Below the pieces are notes generated by a model. The model ran no database searches and was not told the DNA's origin. It saw only the letters and a program-made list of their open reading frames with translations. From contig JAKJEK010000001.1 in NCBI GenBank assembly GCA_022705465.1, positions 1 through 27,964 on the forward strand: a stretch of DNA of 27,964 bases, read 5' to 3'. The position numbers and the translations under genes were made by a program. The DNA is from Patescibacteria group bacterium. Lineage in GTDB: Bacteria; Patescibacteriota; UBA1384; XYA2-FULL-43-10; 1-14-0-10-43-13. Below are positions 18,616-25,701 of this stretch, piece after piece (position 1 is the first letter of the stretch; each line of letters opens with the position of its first letter).

Positions 18616-18778
18616 TGCTCCGCTGGGACGTAAATTGGGCGAACATTTATAATCAGGGTTTCTATAATGGAACTGCTCTAACAACTGTTGGAGTTGGACT
18701 TATATCTAACCAAACCGTGGTTTGGTTGTGCGGTCACCCACTTGGGCTTTGCGGCCAATTTATAGTTTCGGCGGAGCA
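18616..18778 (+). ncRNA. Candidate structured ncRNA (6S RNA-like or novel)
   Basis: 18616-18638 pairs with 18755-18778 (23 bp, one bulge, four G-U pairs), extendable by 5 bp, with internal hairpins. The helix starts at the predicted TSS. Identity is not established. Confidence 0.6.
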
Positions 18779-18851
18779 AATTCAGCGAGGAAATGATGTT
18801 AATACATAATGGGCGGTAGGCCTTTTGTTGTTTTAATTCAGGTTGAGAATT

Positions 18852-18927
18852 CGGGGTGTAGCACAGTTGGTAGTGCGCTGGGCTGGGGGTCCAGAGGTCC
18901 GCGGTTCGAGTCCGCGCACCCCGACCA
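18852..18927 (+). tRNA. tRNA-Pro (anticodon GGG), CCA encoded
   Basis: Acceptor CGGGGTG/CACCCCG, D stem GCAC/GTGC, anticodon stem CTGGG/TCCAG with loop CT-GGG-GG, T arm CGCGG-TTCGAGT-CCGCG, 3' ACCA. Confidence 0.98.
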
Positions 18928-19072
18928 TCCTTTATTTCCACCTTTATTCTGACAAATTGGAGCCACGGTGGACTCGGGAGTTACGGGTATGGGTCGTTGT
19001 TGGGTAAGAATGTGTTTGTGGTAGTGCGTTTATTTTTGTCGGTAAACAGACCAACTGGGTCTGAAGTACATG

Positions 19073-19126
19073 ACAAAAAAACAGATCAGTTGTTTTCGAG
19101 GGAAAACGGTGGATCTGTTTTTTTGT
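19073..19126. terminator. Long hairpin/bidirectional terminator overlapping the 3' end of the 1154-aa gene
   Basis: 15-bp perfect inverted repeat acaaaaaaacagatc (19073-19087)/gatctgtttttttgt (19112-19126), plus 9 inner pairs and a GAGG loop; 7-nt T tract on each strand. Confidence 0.75.
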
Positions 19127-22100
19127 TTGACGTATGGACTGGATGTTTTGGTTTAGCTGCTAGCTCCAGGTTGTTTTCCTGGGTAACAGTAGTTTGCGTC
19201 AGTCTTTCGACCTGCGAATTAATTCTTTTGAGTGTTGAGATAACCAACGACTTTGGCTCTGTATCCCGAGCATTATCACGCATCCAGTCCAAATTTGTAT
19301 TGACTAGTCGATCAATTATACGCGGAGGAAGCATTTCCGCCTTACCGTCAACTCTCAGCATTATACTTAGCGCATTTTCGACTTGTTGCCAGGGCACGTG
19401 ATTACGTTGAAGGTAGCCGGTGATAATGGTAGCTGCCTCATGGACATGCGGTTCTCTGGCAAATTCCTGATAGGTTCGTTTAAACGATAAGGCTGGTTGC
19501 TCAACCGGTTGTGGTCTGTGTTGGTGTTGTCTCGGTCTTTGTTTATCGTGCAGTTTAGCTTCCTGTGTCAGGGTTTGATAGTGTTCATTAACAGCTGCGA
19601 CAATGGCATTGCCTCTCACGTCACCTTCGTTGTTGGGTAGTAAGATATTAAAGGCTACCCGGATACTATCACGCAGTTGTTTGAGCGAGTAATCGGGAGG
19701 GAGAGCTAGGTAGGTTTTGAGAGTATCGATATCTTTGATTTGGATTCCAGCCTGTTCTGGAGCAATGGTGAGATTTTGAATTAGTTTTTCGAAGTTCTTC
19801 TGAGTATGGTTAAGCCTTTGTTGTTCGGCCGGAGGCAGATTGGAGATTTCATGGGTTGGTTGGTATCTTTTTTCTTCTCTGGCGCCGACTTGCACAAGAA
19901 CTCTCTCCAGTGCTTCTTTGGAAGTTAGCTTGGAGTCGAGTTCTTTGAGCCGTTTTGCCCTCCTGGTTAACTCGTTTTGTGCAACAAAGGTTTCGAAATC
20001 AGGGACTGGAGCGGAACCCAGTTTGACTTTACCGTCAATCTGATCGATAACGTGCTGATAGCGAGTGGTGGCCACTTCAACGAGTTTTTCTTGGGATATA
20101 TCATTGAATGCAACTTGTTTCTCTGGAGTTTCGTGTTTGATGGTACGGGGTTTTTTTGCGGCGGTCGCTGCGGTTGGCGGTTCCGGTGCCTCATGTGTGA
20201 CGGGCTCAGGTTGTTGTTCTGGCTGCCTTGCATCAGTAACTTCTGGTTTCGGTTGGTCTGTTTCAGTAGCTGGTTGACTGTCGTGTAAGCTCGATTCTTG
20301 CGTTGTGTGTTTTGGTTGTTGATTGGGAGGTGCTGTTTTGGTGCCTTGTACCGATGCCGGACTTTGTTGTTTTTCATAGAGTTCAAAAAGGGATTTGCGA
20401 ACGTTTTCCCATTCTTTGGTAGCAGTTTCTAGCCTGGCCTCTAACCTAGCTCTTTGATCGGTATTGCCTCTTGCCTGTGATATTTGATCTTCCAGGGTTC
20501 GCATGGTCTCTTCTTTGTGCTGAACAGAACTGTAGAGCATGGAAAATTCTTTTAAATTTTTCAGTTGATGCTCAGTCTCCTTTTTAGTTTTCTCTGCATC
20601 AAGATACTCCTTTTCTTTAGCAGAAAACTTGGCTTTATCTATGTAAGATGCTGATTCTATCTGATCCAGTTCGCCTTCCAATTTTTTCAGCAGGGCATTT
20701 GTTTCGGCCAGGGAGCTTCGTAGTTTTGCTAGCTGGCTGGCATTTTCTTGCACGAATTGGGCAAATTCTTTTTTGGTAGGGGGTGGTGCCTCTGGTGTAG
20801 CGGCAGGTTCGACTAACTCGGATTCAGCGGTTGACTGTTGACTGCTACTTTCGATCGTTGCTAGCTCCTCGTGGATGTTGCGCCAAATGTCCTGTCGTCT
20901 CTGATACATGGCATTATAGGTTTGGGCTACGTTATTCATTTGTTCAACGAATAATGCTACCTGAGTTCGGCTAAATTCTGCCGCTGATCCTGAGCCGGTT
21001 GCATTGTTGCGAAGGGCGCGCAAATTGTTTTGAAGTTGGCGATGCTGATGGACCAGATTTCCTAAATTTCTCTCAAGTCTTCTTGATTCAATAAATAATT
21101 GCTCAACTCTTGTTAGAGTTGTTATCTCCGTGCGAATCCGTTCTTGTTCTGTTAGCAAGGCCTGGCGTTGCTGGGCGATGGCTTCCCGTGTTTGAAGAGC
21201 GTCTGGTACTTGAAGTGCTTTTTCCTGTTCCTCGAGCTGTTTGAGTTCGGCATCAATAGCCATAGAGCGTTGCCGTAGTTCATAATAGCGTGATGTTTTT
21301 TCCCAAGCTTTTTCACGAAGTTCGTTAGTAATTTTGAATGGTAATGTCTCAGTTTTTTCTACCGGACGTTGGGCTTCGGGTCTTGTTTTGGTTTTTTCGG
21401 TGACAGTGGGTGCAGCTTGAGCGGGGCGTGTTTCGGATTGGGGTGGACGTGCAACTCGAACAGTATCATTATTTCTTAAGAGTCCGTCAACCACTTCGGC
21501 GCGAAGTTGTTCTTGCTGGATGTTGCCGCCTCGGGTGGTGGCAATTTCACCGGCTGCTTTCATAAATAGACCCATCATGGCGGAGCCAATGCCGATTTTG
21601 CCGATGGTGGGTAAGGCAGTGCCCATGGTGTGGACCAGGGATCCCCCCATTTTAAATGCTCCAGTATGACTAACTATGTCGCCTGGATTGTAGATAAAGT
21701 TAAAGCCATTAAAGAGTGAGCCAACCGTCCGATGTCCATGCTGGCCAACTCCCATTGGCAGGCCCCAAAGCAAGCCGAAGACGGCGGTGGTGGCAGCGCT
21801 AGCCACAGTGCGTTGGGTTTTCATTTTCTTCTCTAAGGCCATATGGGAATTTTCTTTTTCCAGAATTGCCGCTTCTGATTTTGATATTGTAATTAACAAG
21901 GGTTCAAGCGCTTGGGCAAAGGCTTCCTGGTCGATTTTTCTTGCTTCGAGTTGTTGTTCAAGTTCACGGATTTGTTTAATTGGCCCGTCTTCGATTTCTT
22001 TTAGAGCCTTGCGTTTCTCGTCTTCTAATTTAAGCCGTTCTTTTCGGCCGCGCATGAGATACTGCAGCGTTTCGAATCCGCCCTCAACAGCTGTTTGCAT

Positions 22101-22550
22101 GCCTAGGCTATACAACATCGGGGCGGCAATGAAAGCGGCACCTCCGCCAGTCAGAATGGTTGCGGTGGAGGCCAGAGCGGTGCCCGCAAGAATTTTACTA
22201 CCAACCTTGATAGCTTTGCCCCAGCCCGTCGTTTCGAGTTTGCGTCTGATTTTACCGACTAGTCCCTTACCATAGCGCTGTTCTAGGCACTTTTCTTCAC
22301 GGGTTTTAATTTGGCTGGTTAATTGGTCGGCAAATGAGAGCCTTTCGGCTTTTTGCTTTTTTTCGTTTTTTTCGTGATTCTCTGGAGGTATCGGTCGCGT
22401 TTCGTTGTGAGGTGGGGTGGGTGTGTTCAGCGTTTCCGGTAGTTTTGTAATATTTTCTGTGTCTTGGTTATGCGGATTTTCCTCATGCAATATAAGTGCA
22501 TTTCCGGCACTTGATTCTTGTGTGGGATTGTATCCTGGTCGTTCTCCCAT
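19086..22550 (-). CDS. Large hypothetical protein A (1154 aa): disordered N-tail, hydrophobic-hairpin/coiled-coil domain, long coiled coils, P/T/E/Q-rich linkers, helical C-terminal region
   Basis: Long ORF, GGAG 7 nt upstream of ATG, no signal peptide; residues ~70-335 align by eye to protein B. Confidence 0.85.
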   Translation of the reverse strand: MGERPGYNPTQESSAGNALILHEENPHNQDTENITKLPETLNTPTPPHNETRPIPPENHEKNEKKQKAERLSFADQLTSQIKTREEKCLEQRYGKGLVGKIRRKLETTGWGKAIKVGSKILAGTALASTATILTGGGAAFIAAPMLYSLGMQTAVEGGFETLQYLMRGRKERLKLEDEKRKALKEIEDGPIKQIRELEQQLEARKIDQEAFAQALEPLLITISKSEAAILEKENSHMALEKKMKTQRTVASAATTAVFGLLWGLPMGVGQHGHRTVGSLFNGFNFIYNPGDIVSHTGAFKMGGSLVHTMGTALPTIGKIGIGSAMMGLFMKAAGEIATTRGGNIQQEQLRAEVVDGLLRNNDTVRVARPPQSETRPAQAAPTVTEKTKTRPEAQRPVEKTETLPFKITNELREKAWEKTSRYYELRQRSMAIDAELKQLEEQEKALQVPDALQTREAIAQQRQALLTEQERIRTEITTLTRVEQLFIESRRLERNLGNLVHQHRQLQNNLRALRNNATGSGSAAEFSRTQVALFVEQMNNVAQTYNAMYQRRQDIWRNIHEELATIESSSQQSTAESELVEPAATPEAPPPTKKEFAQFVQENASQLAKLRSSLAETNALLKKLEGELDQIESASYIDKAKFSAKEKEYLDAEKTKKETEHQLKNLKEFSMLYSSVQHKEETMRTLEDQISQARGNTDQRARLEARLETATKEWENVRKSLFELYEKQQSPASVQGTKTAPPNQQPKHTTQESSLHDSQPATETDQPKPEVTDARQPEQQPEPVTHEAPEPPTAATAAKKPRTIKHETPEKQVAFNDISQEKLVEVATTRYQHVIDQIDGKVKLGSAPVPDFETFVAQNELTRRAKRLKELDSKLTSKEALERVLVQVGAREEKRYQPTHEISNLPPAEQQRLNHTQKNFEKLIQNLTIAPEQAGIQIKDIDTLKTYLALPPDYSLKQLRDSIRVAFNILLPNNEGDVRGNAIVAAVNEHYQTLTQEAKLHDKQRPRQHQHRPQPVEQPALSFKRTYQEFAREPHVHEAATIITGYLQRNHVPWQQVENALSIMLRVDGKAEMLPPRIIDRLVNTNLDWMRDNARDTEPKSLVISTLKRINSQVERLTQTTVTQENNLELAAKPKHPVHTSNKKTDPPFSLENN

Positions 22551-22571
22551 AAAACTTCTCCGTTGGTTTGG

Positions 22572-22892
22572 TTATCTTTGTTGTTTGGTTAGGCTAAGAA
22601 TCTCTTCTTTGAAAGCTAAAACTTCCTCGGCGGCAATTTGATCAAGGTCTATACCCTTATCAAACAAGGCCTTCTTAACTTTTTTGGCATTTTTTTCTTC
22701 GGTAAGATCTTCGAGAATACTGGTGCCTTCGGTTAAATCATTTACCCGAGCTGATATCCTACCAAGGATTATTTTAACCATTAATTCGGAGATTCTCGAT
22801 TTTTGAAGTTGCGGTATATTATCAATACTGAGCAGCTCAAATATGCTTTTCCCAAGAACCGAATTATTAATCGTACCGTTTGAATTATTCAT
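22572..22892 (-). CDS. Small helical protein, DUF5663-like (copy 2)
   Basis: SIFELLSI...RISARV..L....GIDLDQIAAEEVLAFKEEILSL; clear paralog of 25210-25566; ends 21 nt before protein A. Confidence 0.8.
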   Translation of the reverse strand: MNNSNGTINNSVLGKSIFELLSIDNIPQLQKSRISELMVKIILGRISARVNDLTEGTSILEDLTEEKNAKKVKKALFDKGIDLDQIAAEEVLAFKEEILSLTKQQR

Positions 22893-23027
22893 TGTGTTGC
22901 AAAATAATTAAATTTGTTATTGCATTTGTCGTTGGTGAATAATCAGGATCCTTGTCGTGGACAGGTTTAGGAGGTTCTGGCTTTTTAAGTTTTATCTTTA
23001 GAGGGAGAGGACAATCTTTTTGTTTGC

Positions 23028-25190
23028 TTAATTGCCTGGTGGTTTTGGGGAATCCTGTCCAGAAGGACCTGACGGCGAAGGCGGGTCGTCGGGTTTCGGG
23101 GAACCGGGGGCGGTTGGATTATCTGGTCCGTTGCCGTTTTGGTTGGGGTTGTCATCATTTTCTAATTTTTCGATCTTGGTGATCTCGGTAAGACCGGTAT
23201 CCGGATCGTCTTTACGTTCGACCACATATCCCAGTTTGCGAAGAGTATCAACCAACCATTCACCAAGCTTATTGCCAGTGGAAAACGGTCCAATTTTCTT
23301 TTCTGTAATTGCGCTCTGTAAACGGTTTAACCACTTTGCTTTTTCCTGTTCGTTTGTTTTGATCTCGTCTGGCAAATATTGGTCGTGTTCGGTGTTGCTG
23401 GGCTTCTCGGGTTTGAGTTTGTCTGGCAGCAGACCTTTTCGTTCGTAAAAGTCCCGGATGTCTTTCCGGTGTCGTTCAATGTCGCGTTCATAATCGGCGA
23501 GAATCCGGCGGTGGGTTTTGAGTAGCTTGTCTCGGTCTGGCGATTCGTCGTATTTTTCTATGCGCTGGATGTGTCCCTTGATACGTTCTGCCCCTCGTTT
23601 CATGTCTTTGAGATCCTGGTACTTTATCAAAGCACCGTGGTATTCGTCGCGCAGGTCTTTTTGCTCTTTGGTTAGTTTTGCAATTCTATCGTTTAGATCT
23701 TTAATTTTTTGTCTATCTTCGTCGGTCTTGTCCTGTTTTTTAAACAACTCCTCTCTTTCTTTGCGAAAGTTGGATAATTCTTCATCTATCTGTTTTAGTC
23801 TGTCGCGAATTTCATCTTCTTTTGCTGCCCGTTCTTCCATAAATTCATCAAAGGTGTCGAGTTTTTTCTCGGGTGAGATAAGTTGTGGCTCTGGCGCGGG
23901 AGGAGAGTCTTCTTTTTTCTTTTCTGGCGCGGGTGGTGTTGAGGGTGGTTCTGCTGGGGGAGTTGGGGCTTCTGGTTTTTTACTGCCATTGCCACTGGGC
24001 GGAGCGAAGTCGGGCTCACCGTACTGGTATTTTTCATTTTTTTCAGAAATTTGTTTTGGTTTTTTGATTGCAGAGTAGAGAAGCCCGCTAAAAGCAGCAA
24101 ATAAGCCGACGTAGCCTTCGGCAGGTAGGCCGTGGCCAAGTACGTGGCCAGTATCACCGCCAAGAAGATGGAACGGGTTAAAGTGCCCCATTGTCTCAAC
24201 GTTGCTTGGGGCAGCACCTTCATATAGGAATTCCGCTCCTTTTCTAATCGACCAAAGGGTGTGATGATATCTGGAGCCGTCCGGAATTGCTTGACCATCA
24301 AAATTTTGGGCGCCAAGAGAAACGCCATTAAGGGCACCGACGGCGATAGTTGCATATGCTCCATATTTAACACGAAAAGCGTGCTGGGCTTTATGCAAGC
24401 TGGCAAGCTGATTGCTTTGCTCAATGACTTTTTCCTCAGTTCTGGCAATATTGGCAACAATTTCTCTGGCCCATTTTTGATATTCGTCATAAGACATTTG
24501 ATCTTGTCTTTTTTCGAGGTCTTGGTAGCGCTTGATCTGTTGCTCCAGTTCACAGTGAGCCGCGTTCATTTCCAGACGGACACTTCGTTCTTTTGAGACT
24601 TCCCCATATATGACTTGTCCGATTTCCATAACACCTTCAATTGCGGTGCGCATAGCTCGCATGTGAAGGTATGGAGTAAGAAGTAGGGCTGGCGTGCCGT
24701 AAAACCCGGTTACAAGTGAGGCTCCGATAGTGCCAAGGGCGATTTTTCCGACTGCTTTGACAAGACGGCCTATCGGTTTTTCGTTCAACAGTCTGGATAC
24801 CTTACCTTTCAAGCCTTTTCCGTAGTGTTGTTCTAGTCTTTCGTTCTCACGTTTTCTGATTGTGCTTATGACATCGGAGGCGTTTTGCAAGCGCCATTCT
24901 CTTTTTTCTTCTTTTTTTTCTTCGGTTTGCCCGATTTGTGTTTCAGGTTTTTTGGTTTGCTGAGCCCGATTTGGTCCCGAAGGTCGTGGGTTCTCGTCGA
25001 TATCGCTATCGTCATCATCGGGGTTGGCTAGTTGATTTCGTTTTTCCCCGCGCTCACGCCGATTTCTTTTTTGGTTCTTACGCCCGTTTGACGGCTCGGC
25101 TAACGCACCTTCTTCTGGAACTGTAAAAGGAGCATCGGTTGTGTCGTCGGTTCTGTCCGGGTTTGGTGAGCCGCTAAGTTTTTCTGCCAT
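23028..25190 (-). CDS. Large hypothetical protein B (~720 aa), paralog of protein A in the N-terminal domain; Pro-rich linkers and charged coiled coil
   Basis: ATG at 25190 (MAEKLSG) preceded by GGGAGGG; the track's TTG start at 25253 overlaps the upstream gene and is less likely. Confidence 0.85.
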   Translation of the reverse strand: MAEKLSGSPNPDRTDDTTDAPFTVPEEGALAEPSNGRKNQKRNRRERGEKRNQLANPDDDDSDIDENPRPSGPNRAQQTKKPETQIGQTEEKKEEKREWRLQNASDVISTIRKRENERLEQHYGKGLKGKVSRLLNEKPIGRLVKAVGKIALGTIGASLVTGFYGTPALLLTPYLHMRAMRTAIEGVMEIGQVIYGEVSKERSVRLEMNAAHCELEQQIKRYQDLEKRQDQMSYDEYQKWAREIVANIARTEEKVIEQSNQLASLHKAQHAFRVKYGAYATIAVGALNGVSLGAQNFDGQAIPDGSRYHHTLWSIRKGAEFLYEGAAPSNVETMGHFNPFHLLGGDTGHVLGHGLPAEGYVGLFAAFSGLLYSAIKKPKQISEKNEKYQYGEPDFAPPSGNGSKKPEAPTPPAEPPSTPPAPEKKKEDSPPAPEPQLISPEKKLDTFDEFMEERAAKEDEIRDRLKQIDEELSNFRKEREELFKKQDKTDEDRQKIKDLNDRIAKLTKEQKDLRDEYHGALIKYQDLKDMKRGAERIKGHIQRIEKYDESPDRDKLLKTHRRILADYERDIERHRKDIRDFYERKGLLPDKLKPEKPSNTEHDQYLPDEIKTNEQEKAKWLNRLQSAITEKKIGPFSTGNKLGEWLVDTLRKLGYVVERKDDPDTGLTEITKIEKLENDDNPNQNGNGPDNPTAPGSPKPDDPPSPSGPSGQDSPKPPGN

Positions 25191-25209
25191 ATTCCCTCCC
25201 GTTTGACGC

Positions 25210-25566
25210 CTAGTTTTGGTCGTCGCCAGCAGCCTCGTCTTCTTTGGCAGCAATTAGGTTGATAATTTCGATTTTATAGTTGAGAACTTCTTGAGTGGCG
25301 ATTTGGAGTGGGTCGATTTTATGTGACTCGAAGAAATTTTTTATTGCATTGTCATCATCTTGGTCGAGCAACTGTTCGAATTGGCGGATTTCCGGTTCTT
25401 GCAAGCGGTCTAAGATGCGAGCAATGATGCGGTTTTCTACTGTTTGGACCATATCGTTAATCATTTTTTGTTTTGTTTCCTCGGGGGCGTCTTTGAGATC
25501 CAAGAGTTCGAAAATGTTTTTCTCAATTAAGCCTTGAGGATCAACATCATTAATCCATGATGGCAT
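25210..25566 (-). CDS. Small acidic helical protein, DUF5663-like (copy 1)
   Basis: AGGAGG 5 nt upstream; NIFELLDL...ENRIIARILDRL.E.EIRQFEQLL...IATQEVLNYKIEII resembles the CPR-enriched DUF5663 pattern as I recall it. Confidence 0.82.
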   Translation of the reverse strand: MPSWINDVDPQGLIEKNIFELLDLKDAPEETKQKMINDMVQTVENRIIARILDRLQEPEIRQFEQLLDQDDDNAIKNFFESHKIDPLQIATQEVLNYKIEIINLIAAKEDEAAGDDQN

Positions 25567-25599
25567 AGCGCCCTCCTAATAAACAAATGGTTATTTATT

Positions 25600-25628
25600 A
25601 TTATAGATCGTTGATGTGTAAAAGGCAA
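25600..25628 (-). promoter_or_regulatory. sigma70-type promoter for the duplicated module
   Basis: Minus strand TTGCCT (25628-25623), 17 nt, TATAAT (25605-25600); leader of about 27 nt containing AGGAGG. Confidence 0.55.
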
Positions 25629-25684
25629 CGAAACATGCCTGAATTTCAAGTTGGGTGCACAGATAACCGATGTATTGGCCGTTG

Positions 25685-25693
25685 TGGTATAAT
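25685..25693 (+). promoter_or_regulatory. Extended -10 promoter (TGgTATAAT) for the hydrolase gene
   Basis: Perfect TGnTATAAT ending 8 nt before the ATG at 25702; no SD. Confidence 0.6.
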
Positions 25694-25701
25694 GAAAACA
25701 A

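Noticed and set aside
18781-18800. GAGGAAA motif suggesting RNase P RNA
   Set aside because: Not followed by GTCC, and no matching 3' P4 strand was found.
18549-18809. 86-aa ORF on + strand between the PP2C-like gene and the tRNA
   Set aside because: GTG start without SD; the internal ATG at 18609 overlaps the -10 box; no protein-like motif. The long-range RNA helix explains the region better.
18678-18941. 87-aa minus-strand ORF
   Set aside because: Antisense reading of tRNA-Pro and the candidate ncRNA.
18929-18949. cctttatt repeated twice right after the tRNA
   Set aside because: 8-bp AT-rich repeat, compatible with chance.
19086-19088. TGA read-through or genetic code 25 (frame continues 35 codons after the protein A stop)
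   Set aside because: TGA is clearly used as a stop in murC, murB and the PBP gene, so code 11 applies.
23795-24553. 252-aa same-strand alternative-frame ORF inside protein B
   Set aside because: No SD or recognisable domain; the T-poor minus strand makes stop codons rare. Overprinting is not excluded but is unsupported.
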